From positions 13,860 through 77,859 of IMG/VR virus record IMGVR_UViG_3300028797_000096: 64,000 bases of DNA; one strand, 5' to 3'. This document shows positions 39,914 through 49,202 of this stretch, in pieces. A model generated the notes under the pieces. The model was not told the DNA's origin. It ran no database searches and saw only the letters and a list, made by a program, of their open reading frames with translations. A program made the translations under genes and the position numbers. The DNA is from a virus. Taxonomy: Duplodnaviria > Heunggongvirae > Uroviricota > Caudoviricetes. Numbering within the stretch: the stretch's first letter is position 1; the number at the start of each line of letters is the position of its first letter.

Positions 39914-40443
39914 CTAATTACAATTTTATATTTATCTTTAATTACTTTACATGTAATTTTAAACATCACATAAGTTTTTCTAAATTCTTCAAGCCAGTTT
40001 AATATACTTTTCTTTATTACATCATTTTTAATAGATATAGTAAATGCTATCTTATCTTCAAATTTATTTGCTTCTTTTAATAACAGTGCTTGAATTAAGA
40101 TATTTTCTAAACTATCATAAGCAAAGCTACTAGTTGTAGTATTATCCCATTCTATGAGTTTTGGTAAAGGTTGTGCTTTACTTAAAAATACACTTTGTAA
40201 ACGTTTTATAATATTATAATTAATAATTTCGTGTAATATATCTTCTGGAGTTTTATTTAATGTAGTATTTTCTGTTGCATAAGCTACCCCTAATAAAGTA
40301 GCACTTGCAACACTATTTAACCAATCTTGATCATTAAATGCTTTTTCAATATCTGCATCTGTTATATTTAAAGCAAAATTATAAGGTTTTGGCATGTTTA
40401 GACTCATTTGTTTTTGTATCTTGTAATTGTGACAGTTTAACAA
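39910..40443 (-). CDS. Hypothetical protein (start uncertain)
   Basis: Last gene of a minus-strand small-gene cluster. Confidence 0.6.
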   Translation of the reverse strand: MLNCHNYKIQKQMSLNMPKPYNFALNITDADIEKAFNDQDWLNSVASATLLGVAYATENTTLNKTPEDILHEIINYNIIKRLQSVFLSKAQPLPKLIEWDNTTTSSFAYDSLENILIQALLLKEANKFEDKIAFTISIKNDVIKKSILNWLEEFRKTYVMFKITCKVIKDKYKIVIS

Positions 40444-40588
40444 AACTAATTAAAGAATGTGCTTTACTTATGGTATCGGTAGAATAGCTTTCATTATTTA
40501 AATAAAATATAAATTTAATAACACCTAATTTGGTATCTATTTCTTTCCAAATATCTATGCCATCATATGAACAATAAAATTCTAACAT
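40379..40588 (-). CDS. Hypothetical protein
   Basis: SD GGAG upstream. Confidence 0.5.
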   Translation of the reverse strand: MLEFYCSYDGIDIWKEIDTKLGVIKFIFYLNNESYSTDTISKAHSLISFVKLSQLQDTKTNESKHAKTL

Positions 40589-40597
40589 TAACTTCTC

Positions 40598-41200
40598 CTA
40601 TAATTGTTTCATTTTAGCTACTGTGAATAGATTTTTTGCCCATTGTACATTAGGTCTTAAATAATGATTATAAGGAGTTTTTGCATTACTTATCATGACA
40701 CAATCCAATCCATTATCTATACATTCTTGTATAACTAATGGACTATCATCAATCATTAAATCTACTTTATGTTCTTTAATAGTATCTATTTTAGTATGTG
40801 TACCTAAATCTATAATATTATCCATAGGTACGCGCATACCATATTTTTCCAATTGTTCATAAGTCCACATTTTAGCAAAGCTAACTTTTTTACGAATAAT
40901 ATCACCAAAAAAGTAACATTCTCCATAATCTGTAGATCTAGATGTTATAACCTTTAAATCATATTTTTGTTGCCATTCCCAAATTAACCAAGAATATCTA
41001 GGATTAAAAGGCTTTGTTTCGTATCCAGGTTTAGTCTTGAAATACTCAATTATTTTATCTGCTACTTCTTTTGGATAACAATCATAAATATACCAAGTTG
41101 AAGGTCGTGTATATTTATATTTATGAAAATACTTAAAACCCATCTTATAAATAGGTTCTGCATCAAATACTGTATTATCAAGATCTAAACCAATAATCAT
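40598..41200 (-). CDS. HAD-family 5'(3')-deoxyribonucleotidase-like protein
   Basis: IGLDLDNTV (motif I), ITSR (II), MIDDSP (IV). Confidence 0.8.
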   Translation of the reverse strand: MIIGLDLDNTVFDAEPIYKMGFKYFHKYKYTRPSTWYIYDCYPKEVADKIIEYFKTKPGYETKPFNPRYSWLIWEWQQKYDLKVITSRSTDYGECYFFGDIIRKKVSFAKMWTYEQLEKYGMRVPMDNIIDLGTHTKIDTIKEHKVDLMIDDSPLVIQECIDNGLDCVMISNAKTPYNHYLRPNVQWAKNLFTVAKMKQL

Positions 41201-41427
41201 TATTTATGTTCTTCTAAACTAGTCGTAGTATTAGCTTTTACTTCTTCTCCACAAGTAACTGCTATTGTTTCTGATTTACGATAAGTATCTGTTATCATTT
41301 CTATCTTAGAAGATACTTGTTCATGCATATTATATACAAACTTAGATTTTGATGATATTTCTACATCATTCCATTGACCAGCTGAAAATACAGACATTAC
41401 AGTTAAAACCGTCATAATACAAGACAT
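41200..41427 (-). CDS. Hypothetical protein
   Basis: Translationally coupled; SD AAGGAG. Confidence 0.6.
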   Translation of the reverse strand: MSCIMTVLTVMSVFSAGQWNDVEISSKSKFVYNMHEQVSSKIEMITDTYRKSETIAVTCGEEVKANTTTSLEEHK

Positions 41428-41430
41428 ATT

Positions 41431-41892
41431 TTACTCCTTTATTCTTTCTTTTATATAATGGTTTGTCTTTTCATCGAAATAAGCCATATACTTAACTCCA
41501 CATTTTTTTAAAAAACTTTGGCAAGCATTACAAGGCTTACTATTTCCTCTTGTTAATGAATAAATTCCTCCTTTACGCCTGACTACAATAATTGTATTAA
41601 AATCTTGTTTTCTACATTCTTTAAAAAATTTATTTTCATTCTTATCTGATATATTATGTTGAATACAAAAATTACGAATTGCTGCTAATTCACAATGCAC
41701 ACCTGTTTGATCTTTTCTATATCCATGTGCTGGTGTCATATACCAATATGGATTATATTCATTAACACCCTCAGCAATTATTTCACCTTTTGAATTTAAA
41801 ATAACGGCTGCCATTCTCTGTCTAAAACTAGCTCTTGGTGTTAAATCAAATGCATAGTTATGTGCATTAATAAATTGTTCGTCTGTTATCAT
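41431..41892 (-). CDS. Zinc-dependent cytidine/deoxycytidylate deaminase-family protein
   Basis: AAVI...G.N, HCELAAI and SKPCNACQ. Confidence 0.8.
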   Translation of the reverse strand: MITDEQFINAHNYAFDLTPRASFRQRMAAVILNSKGEIIAEGVNEYNPYWYMTPAHGYRKDQTGVHCELAAIRNFCIQHNISDKNENKFFKECRKQDFNTIIVVRRKGGIYSLTRGNSKPCNACQSFLKKCGVKYMAYFDEKTNHYIKERIKE

Positions 41893-42170
41893 TATAATAT
41901 ACTATCTAAGGTACTTTTAATATCTACTAATTTTTCATATAATTCAATAGCATTTTTGGTTAAATCTTTTGAATCAATATGATCTCTTACCCGTCTAACA
42001 CAATCATTATTATCTAAGATATTTTGAATGCTTCTAGACATTTCTAAAAGTCTTCCATTGCCTAAGCGTAATTCTTCTAAAAACCATTCTTCATTTTCTT
42101 TTACATATTCTAATACTTCTTCTGGTTCGATTGAAGAATCGGCATAAAAATTAGATGGATATGTAGACAT
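41892..42170 (-). CDS. Hypothetical protein
   Basis: SD GGAGG; coupled. Confidence 0.65.
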   Translation of the reverse strand: MSTYPSNFYADSSIEPEEVLEYVKENEEWFLEELRLGNGRLLEMSRSIQNILDNNDCVRRVRDHIDSKDLTKNAIELYEKLVDIKSTLDSIL

Positions 42171-42434
42171 TTATACCTCCTTAAAGTTATGTATATAAGT
42201 TTTTCCTAAAATTTTAGTCGGCTTAACAATATAAACTTCATCAAAATGAGTCCAATATGTCTCGTTATTTACTTTCCATTCGATAGTATGTAAACTAGTG
42301 TCTATTTTAGAAATAGACGCTTCATTTATATATTCACCACAATCTAAATCACGGGGTAAAGAACAAGGCAAATTCCAACTTTTTGGATGTTTATTTATTA
42401 CTTGCTTATAATCTCTTAAGAATACTGTTTTCAT
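42171..42434 (-). CDS. Hypothetical protein
   Basis: Coupled small ORF. Confidence 0.6.
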   Translation of the reverse strand: MKTVFLRDYKQVINKHPKSWNLPCSLPRDLDCGEYINEASISKIDTSLHTIEWKVNNETYWTHFDEVYIVKPTKILGKTYIHNFKEV

Positions 42435-42485
42435 ATTTATTAGAATATCATATTTATAAATTTTGTATACTCTAATTTTTCCATT

Positions 42486-42755
42486 TTAGTTTAAAACTAT
42501 TCTAGATCTACCGTATGTAATATATTTAATGCCTTCTTCGTTAAGATAATTTATTATTTCTTTATATAGTTTATTTGATATACCAAATATTTTTATTTCA
42601 TCAATATGTTCATTATTTAATGTCTTTTTAACTTCTCGCCAACTCACTTCTTCTCCATCTACAAAACAATTAAGCTGCGTTATTGTATAAACATTTTGAT
42701 TTAATTTATTCTGAGTAGAAGTACTTTCCGGAGTAATGGGAATGTTTTTTGTCAA
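42486..42755 (-). CDS. Hypothetical protein
   Basis: GTTCTA at 42781-42776 upstream. Confidence 0.55.
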   Translation of the reverse strand: MTKNIPITPESTSTQNKLNQNVYTITQLNCFVDGEEVSWREVKKTLNNEHIDEIKIFGISNKLYKEIINYLNEEGIKYITYGRSRIVLN

Positions 42756-42775
42756 TTTTAAATGCCTTTTCTATA

Positions 42776-42795
42776 TAGAACCTTATAAAGTTCTA
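42776..42795. promoter_or_regulatory. Back-to-back GTTCTA promoters
   Basis: TAGAAC-N8-GTTCTA at a strand switch. Confidence 0.55.
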
Positions 42796-42801
42796 ATATA
42801 T

Positions 42802-43494
42802 ATGAAACTTTTTACCTGGATAAAATCTTTATTTAAATCCAAACCAGAACCTCTTCCGGTACCTATTATACCTATTGAACCAGAACCAGAAAAAGAAAAA
42901 ATGCAAAAATTTATTACCGAAAACGATTTTAAAGAATTAGCTAGTAAATTTGGAATAGAAGTAGCGGCATTAAAAGCAATATTTATTGTAGAAGCTGGAG
43001 GGAAATCTGGTTTCCTTAAAGAAGATCCAAATATTCCAGTTACTTTAGAAGAGGGTCATATCTTTTATAAATATATCCAAAACAAGCATAAAAATGCTCC
43101 AGAAATAGCCAAAAAATATCCAACAATCTGCTATAAATCTTGGACAAAACAGTATTATAAAACTGGTTTAAATGAGTATAATAGATATCTTTTAGCTAAG
43201 TCTATTGATGAAGAATGTGCTATGATGGCAACAAGCTGGGGAATGGGCCAATGTATGGGATTTAACTATAAAGCATGTGGATATAATTCAGTTCAAGAAT
43301 TTGTAAAAGCGATGTATGAATCAGAAAGAAATCAATTAATGGCAATGTGTAATTTTATTAAATCTAACAACAAAATGTATACTGCATTAAAAAATAAAGA
43401 TTTTAATACTTTCGCTTCAATATATAATGGTCCAGGTCAAGTAGAATATTATGGATCTAAATTAAAACAAGCTTATAATAAAAATAAAAATTAA
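42802..43494 (+). CDS. Endolysin, N-acetylmuramidase (DUF3380-like)
   Basis: VEAGG, EEGHIF, ATSWGMGQCMGFNY, FASIYNGPG; start at ATG 42802 (MKLFTWIKSLF). Confidence 0.85.
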   Translation: MKLFTWIKSLFKSKPEPLPVPIIPIEPEPEKEKMQKFITENDFKELASKFGIEVAALKAIFIVEAGGKSGFLKEDPNIPVTLEEGHIFYKYIQNKHKNAPEIAKKYPTICYKSWTKQYYKTGLNEYNRYLLAKSIDEECAMMATSWGMGQCMGFNYKACGYNSVQEFVKAMYESERNQLMAMCNFIKSNNKMYTALKNKDFNTFASIYNGPGQVEYYGSKLKQAYNKNKN

Positions 43495-44114
43495 TGTGTT
43501 TTAACTTGTTTATATTTATAAATAGAATGAGTTAAATCTACGTAAATTCCATGTTTTTTTAATATATTTAATCCAACAATTTCCCATTCTTGTGGAGTAT
43601 AAGCTCCTTTATAACTATTACAGGCTTGATGTGTAGGACTACCGTTTTCACCATCTGTCCTACCACCTTTTGATTCTGGATAAATATGATCATATGATAA
43701 TCTCATTGGACCGTTTATTTGTGTAATAAGATTTCCACATATATCACAATATAATTGATGTTGACGCATTAAATATAACCAATATACTTTACAATCTTTA
43801 CGAGTAGCTTCAGCATTTAATTTAAATGGACTAACAAAAGTACCATCTGGAATTTTATCTATTATTGCTTGTACTTCTTCTTTTGTAATCTTTTTTTCAT
43901 CTAATAAGCGCTGAAGTAATACTAAAAATACAGATATATCAAGAGGAATACTTACTCTTGGTATTTTTTGTTTTCTTTTCTTTTTAGGAATTTTTTGTTC
44001 TGGTTGAGTTTCTATAGCTAAACAATTAAAATCTTTTGTTTGCTTATATTTTTGTAATTTCTTACGAAAATCTTTCTTTTCTTTATTATAAATAACTGCT
44101 TTATTTATTTTCAT
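43491..44114 (-). CDS. HNH endonuclease
   Basis: CDICG...SYDHIYPESKGG..N...HQACNSYKG. Confidence 0.88.
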   Translation of the reverse strand: MKINKAVIYNKEKKDFRKKLQKYKQTKDFNCLAIETQPEQKIPKKKRKQKIPRVSIPLDISVFLVLLQRLLDEKKITKEEVQAIIDKIPDGTFVSPFKLNAEATRKDCKVYWLYLMRQHQLYCDICGNLITQINGPMRLSYDHIYPESKGGRTDGENGSPTHQACNSYKGAYTPQEWEIVGLNILKKHGIYVDLTHSIYKYKQVKTH

Positions 44115-44185
44115 ATTTTATAGAACTTAAAAACCCCTATAAAAATTATAGGGGTTTATATTTAATATAATAAATCAAGAAAGAC

Positions 44186-44911
44186 TTATTTTACAGATTC
44201 TAATGCACGACGAGCTGGAGTGACATAGCGTGTCATTGATTTAGCAGGTTGAGATTTCTTTACTGCTTCTAACAACATCTTGTTCATTTTCAAAGAAGAT
44301 TCATACAATTTCTTTGCAGATTTGTATGCTTTTTCATTCTTTTCTGCAGCTTCTGTCAATTCTTTTTCAAATGCTTCACCCTTAGCAATGATAGCTTCAA
44401 AGAAAGCTTCCATTTCTTGAGTATGAGCATCAGACAATTCTTTCTTTTGTGCAGCTAATGCTTCTTCACACAATGCATTCATTTCAGCAACTTTTGCTTT
44501 ATAAGAAGCTTCACGTGCTGTAGCTTCTTCTAATTGTTTCAACAATTCAGCTTGAACTTCTGTATTTTCTTCTACTTTACGATCAGCTACGTTGATAACA
44601 TCTTTCATTGCATTGTCTTCTTTTTTGCGTTCTGCTTCAATTTTATCATTATCGATCAAATCTTCTTCACCGCCGTTTTTAGAAACACCATCTTTGTCAG
44701 CATCAACCAATGGTTCATCTGCTGCTGCAACTACTTTTTCAACATCTTTTTGTGTTGGCAATTCAGAATTTGGCATATCTTCAGCTGGTTTAACATCTTC
44801 AACTGGTTTAACATCGATATTTGCCAATGTTTGTTCTGCGTTTGTAACATTCAAGACATTAGATTCTTTCATGCTTTCTTTGATCTTTGCGATCGCTTCT
44901 GCTTTTGTCAT
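44186..44911 (-). CDS. Prohead core scaffold protein (gp22-like)
   Basis: Acidic, Ala-rich coiled coil directly downstream of the protease; many x-x-E-S/A sites; followed by a terminator at about 44130-44158. Confidence 0.65.
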   Translation of the reverse strand: MTKAEAIAKIKESMKESNVLNVTNAEQTLANIDVKPVEDVKPAEDMPNSELPTQKDVEKVVAAADEPLVDADKDGVSKNGGEEDLIDNDKIEAERKKEDNAMKDVINVADRKVEENTEVQAELLKQLEEATAREASYKAKVAEMNALCEEALAAQKKELSDAHTQEMEAFFEAIIAKGEAFEKELTEAAEKNEKAYKSAKKLYESSLKMNKMLLEAVKKSQPAKSMTRYVTPARRALESVK

Positions 44912-45013
44912 TTTATTTTCCTTATATTCTAGTTAATCTAGTTTGTTTATTTCATGAAATAAATTAGTAATCTTTTTTACTATATGTAATATATAGAACT
45001 GCTTATTTTTCAA

Positions 45014-47470
45014 TTATCCATCAATACCAGCATTATGATACATAGCCAAAGTGTCATCTAATTTTTCATCATCTGACCAATCTCTTTCTGGCTTTTGCTC
45101 TTCTTCGGTGTTACTATAATAAACTTCTCCTGTATTAGCATTTTCAATTTTATCAACATATGCTGATTTGATTGCCCAAGGAGCTTGTTTATTTGCTGTT
45201 GCTAATATTAATTTTCTAATTTCATAAATACCATCACAAGTATCTAAATCCATACCATTCAAACGGATTGTCCAAGGATCTGGTAATGCATCAAAAATTT
45301 CTTTATAAGTTTCACCAGGTTCCAAGTCGACACTATTTACGATAGCATCAATATCCCAATCGATATTACTTAAAGTAACTAAGAAGTCATCAACAGAATC
45401 TTCTAAAGTTTCTTTTTCATATCCATCAGAAGGTTCAGATGGTTTACTATATAATTTTTCTTCTACAGAATTTTCACCAAAGGATGGATAATCACCTGAA
45501 CGTTTGGCTTCACAAGTTTTACAAATAACTTCTGTTCCGTTAACATATACTTGATCTAGATCAAATTGTTCTTCACAAACATCACAAATTACTTCATCAC
45601 TCAAGGTTAAATCAACACCCCGTGCAGCCAAATCGCGTTGACAGCGATCACATAATACACCTAAATCTGATTCAAATTTACAATCACTTGCTTCACAGGT
45701 ATCTTTACACCATGCACATGTAATTGGATTTTCAACTTTATTATCAGCCTCTTCAGATACTAAAATATTAGGATCTGCTTCATCATTATTAACTGCTGCT
45801 ACGCTTACTTTAGCTTCTAATGGAGAATCGAATTCTTTTTCAATTGTTGTACCATCATCTAAAGTACTAATTACTTTATTGTTTTTAATTTCAACACCAT
45901 CATTAGCTTCAGTCATTGAACCTTCGAATAATTGTGTTTGTGGATTATAGTGTAATTGTTCACCTGTTGTTGTATCAGTTAAAAGAATTTCAACAGAACC
46001 ATTTCCTTCGATTGATTTATTTTTCATATCCCATAAATTGCTAATTTCATTTTTAGCACTTTCTAAATCAACTGCAGATACAGGAATAGTTTCACTATTT
46101 GAACCATTTTCACTGTTTATAGATACTTGTGCAACATATTTAGTGTTTGCACCATTTTCTTCTGTCATAGTAGCTTCTTCTGTAGAAGCTTCTGGTTCCA
46201 TTTTTTCAGAAGTTTCAGTACTGCCTAAATTAATATTGCTTTTCTGAAAATATTTTTCTACATCAAAAATACCCATAGCATCTAAAATTTCTGTAACTTT
46301 AGACATAGATACCATACCATTTTCTTCTTTACCTTCTGTGAAATGTAAAGCATCTTCTGGTTTATCTGTGAAATCAATTGCGTTTTTATCAAAAGTTACA
46401 AAACCACGATCAGTATGTAATACAAACTTTTTGCCTAAGTTTGGATCTGTTTCATCTTCTTTCTTAGCTTCTGTAACTGGTTCTTCTTTTAATGTTGCTT
46501 TTTCTGGAACATAGTTACAAACTTCAGCAGATTCAGTTTGACCTTCTTCTGGAATATTTTCAATAGTAATACTGTCAACATTAACCGTACCATTTAGCAT
46601 TGCATTTTTAGCCATTTGTAAAGCTTGATCCAAATCAGATACATCATCAGAAGTTTCTGCTTCTAACGTAGTAATAGATGTTTGAGCACCTGTTTTTGGA
46701 TCGGTTTCTTGATCTAATTTAGTAGATGTTTTTGTTACTGTACCATAACCAATAGCTTCTAATTGCTGTTGTAGCATAGCGGCTTGTTCCAAATCACGAG
46801 TAACATTAGTAGAAGAAGTTGTTACTGTAAATTTTTCAGCTAATAAACGAGGATCTTTAACATCTAAAATAGCAGATTCAGATACTGGCATACGAGTATA
46901 TGTAGAAGAACTCGGATTACCTACAAAATCTACACCTAAAAATTCATAGTTACGAACATACTTTCCTTCCATATCACCAACACCACGGATAGAAGTACCT
47001 ACAGAACAGCCTGCTTCTAATAAAGCACGTAAATTTTTACCTTCGTCTGTGTTTAATACTTCAATGTCTAAGAAAAGCATGTCAAAATTGCCTTCTTCTC
47101 CATCAACAGTAACTCTAACATTTCTTTTGATATATGCATTAGTTACAACATGTGAAGCATCTGTAGGAGCAACAAAAGAACCTTCTGGATGTTCATGTGC
47201 ACTACTTAATAATTGTTTTGTTTCTAATAATGGTTTAGCTTCACGAATTGCTTCTGCTAATACATCAGTTGAATAAATACGACCATTTTGATTTTCACGA
47301 TTTAAAATGGTACCTGGTAAATTTTTAACAATTAATGTACCTGCTTTTCCCGCAGATAATTTTAAAGATTCTTTTAGATCGTTAGAGATCTTAACTTCAG
47401 AAATAAATTCACAGTTTTCTATAAGCAAATATTTTGATTTACCTGTGATAGGAGAAATAATTTTTTTCAT
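45014..47470 (-). CDS. Prohead core protease (gp21-like) with a long acidic, zinc-finger-bearing C-terminal extension
   Basis: NRENQNGRIY, HEHP, GTSIRGVG, VDFVGNPS in the first ~200 aa; two CxxC...CxxC units at about aa 590-650. Confidence 0.85.
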   Translation of the reverse strand: MKKIISPITGKSKYLLIENCEFISEVKISNDLKESLKLSAGKAGTLIVKNLPGTILNRENQNGRIYSTDVLAEAIREAKPLLETKQLLSSAHEHPEGSFVAPTDASHVVTNAYIKRNVRVTVDGEEGNFDMLFLDIEVLNTDEGKNLRALLEAGCSVGTSIRGVGDMEGKYVRNYEFLGVDFVGNPSSSTYTRMPVSESAILDVKDPRLLAEKFTVTTSSTNVTRDLEQAAMLQQQLEAIGYGTVTKTSTKLDQETDPKTGAQTSITTLEAETSDDVSDLDQALQMAKNAMLNGTVNVDSITIENIPEEGQTESAEVCNYVPEKATLKEEPVTEAKKEDETDPNLGKKFVLHTDRGFVTFDKNAIDFTDKPEDALHFTEGKEENGMVSMSKVTEILDAMGIFDVEKYFQKSNINLGSTETSEKMEPEASTEEATMTEENGANTKYVAQVSINSENGSNSETIPVSAVDLESAKNEISNLWDMKNKSIEGNGSVEILLTDTTTGEQLHYNPQTQLFEGSMTEANDGVEIKNNKVISTLDDGTTIEKEFDSPLEAKVSVAAVNNDEADPNILVSEEADNKVENPITCAWCKDTCEASDCKFESDLGVLCDRCQRDLAARGVDLTLSDEVICDVCEEQFDLDQVYVNGTEVICKTCEAKRSGDYPSFGENSVEEKLYSKPSEPSDGYEKETLEDSVDDFLVTLSNIDWDIDAIVNSVDLEPGETYKEIFDALPDPWTIRLNGMDLDTCDGIYEIRKLILATANKQAPWAIKSAYVDKIENANTGEVYYSNTEEEQKPERDWSDDEKLDDTLAMYHNAGIDG

Positions 47471-47608
47471 AGATAATTATCCTTAATATAATATAGATTA
47501 AAGTATACTTTTATATTATAGAACTAACCAAAATTGATTATTTTCTTTATCATAAAATAAAATACCCTATAGAAAGTATAGGGTATTAAAAGGTTATATT
47601 TTTAAATA

Positions 47609-48154
47609 TTAGATTTCATCACCTAATAAGAAGAAATTGAAATTAAATTCTACATCAATCGTTACAGGTTCAGATGAACTAGCTTCGATTTGACTCATGT
47701 CTAAACTAAGTGGAAATACATCATATAATCTGATATCATATCTATCTTTAACTTCTTCTTCATCATATACATCAGGATTTACAATAGAAATATTACAATT
47801 TGCAGCATATGTATTTAACAACGTAATTTTACCTTCTTTATATTGATGGTACATATTAAACCATTGTTTAAACATTTCCATTACTTGTGCATCCCAAACT
47901 TCAACGAAGTTAACTTTCCAAGTACCTTGACGGGTTTGTTTACCTGCATATACTCGTTTAAAACCACCCCAAGTTACGGTTGTATCATCACCAGTTAATG
48001 TAGGTAAACCATATGTTTGGCAACGTAATTCCAAATCTTTTGTATCAATGATATTATTTAAAGGTGACTGGGCATCAAAACTAAACTGCCAAGTACTAAC
48101 AAACTGTTTTAATGGATCTTTCAAAGACCGAACATTATTTAGAGGATTTAACAT
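47609..48154 (-). CDS. Tail tube protein, gp19-like
   Basis: LP...V.WGG....YAGKQ...GTW.V.F.E and LYDVFP...EFNF patterns. Confidence 0.8.
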   Translation of the reverse strand: MLNPLNNVRSLKDPLKQFVSTWQFSFDAQSPLNNIIDTKDLELRCQTYGLPTLTGDDTTVTWGGFKRVYAGKQTRQGTWKVNFVEVWDAQVMEMFKQWFNMYHQYKEGKITLLNTYAANCNISIVNPDVYDEEEVKDRYDIRLYDVFPLSLDMSQIEASSSEPVTIDVEFNFNFFLLGDEI

Positions 48155-48227
48155 TTTTTAATAACCTTTTTATATAATTTTGGTTTTCTTTTATAATAGA
48201 ACTGTTAATATTTTATATATTTAATAA

Positions 48228-49178
48228 TTAAGTAATAATATAACGTCTAAATCTTTCTTCGGCATCTTCTTTGATATTTAAACGTATCATTTCAATTATA
48301 CTTTGTGGAAGAGCTGTATCTGTTAGAGCTGCCCAAACATTTACATTCCAACCTACACCATAAATATATCCTTTGCCTTTCAATCTATCAGTGGCAGATG
48401 GGTATCTTTCTAAGGTTGGAATTTCAAATACTGTATATATTTGATTTTCAATATTTTGTATAGTAGGTGAAGTATACTTAAACCAAATATTAGCATCATT
48501 ACATCTTAAAATTAAATGATCTCTAATATATTGTGCTTCGTCTCTGTTATCAACGAGTACTACTGCAGAATATGTACCTTTAATACCCTTAGCTTTATAT
48601 TCAAACGGAGCTTTATCTCCTGTTTGTCTTAAATCTTCAGCTTGAAATAAAATTGGATTACCTTTTTTATCTACTATTGTATTACCAGTACCTTCATATG
48701 CCAAAATATATTCAGCACCTTTTATATCTTTAACCGTACATTTTTTACCAAATAATGCACTATCATTTTTATTTATAATATAAACAGTATCACCAATCTC
48801 TATACTAGTATTATATGGATTAGCTGTAATATAATGCTGATGATAACGATTACCAGTTCCCCAGAATACAGATTCTATATCATTTTCTTTATATGCCAAT
48901 AATGGATATGTAACATCTACATTTTTATTTGTTTGACTATAGCGTAACAACCATGTATCAAAAATATCTTCAGTAGTCATTTCATCTACTTGAAAGACAC
49001 GATCTGGTTCCCATAACCAATTATCATTAATTACATTAGAATCTTGTTTGTGTGATTTATCTCTAGGATCTGCAATTCGCATTTCCTTTAAAAAAATTTC
49101 CTTCATAGCTAAATCTATTTCATTTAGGCTACTTGAAAAGCGAGAATTCTCTGGAATATGTAATGTAATATTTGGCAT
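48228..49178 (-). CDS. Tail completion/terminator protein, gp15-like (putative)
   Basis: Adjacent to the tube gene; YPLLAY motif; internal KOW/SH3-like segment. Confidence 0.45.
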   Translation of the reverse strand: MPNITLHIPENSRFSSSLNEIDLAMKEIFLKEMRIADPRDKSHKQDSNVINDNWLWEPDRVFQVDEMTTEDIFDTWLLRYSQTNKNVDVTYPLLAYKENDIESVFWGTGNRYHQHYITANPYNTSIEIGDTVYIINKNDSALFGKKCTVKDIKGAEYILAYEGTGNTIVDKKGNPILFQAEDLRQTGDKAPFEYKAKGIKGTYSAVVLVDNRDEAQYIRDHLILRCNDANIWFKYTSPTIQNIENQIYTVFEIPTLERYPSATDRLKGKGYIYGVGWNVNVWAALTDTALPQSIIEMIRLNIKEDAEERFRRYIIT

Positions 49179-49202
49179 ATATTATAGAACTTATAATAAA
49201 TA

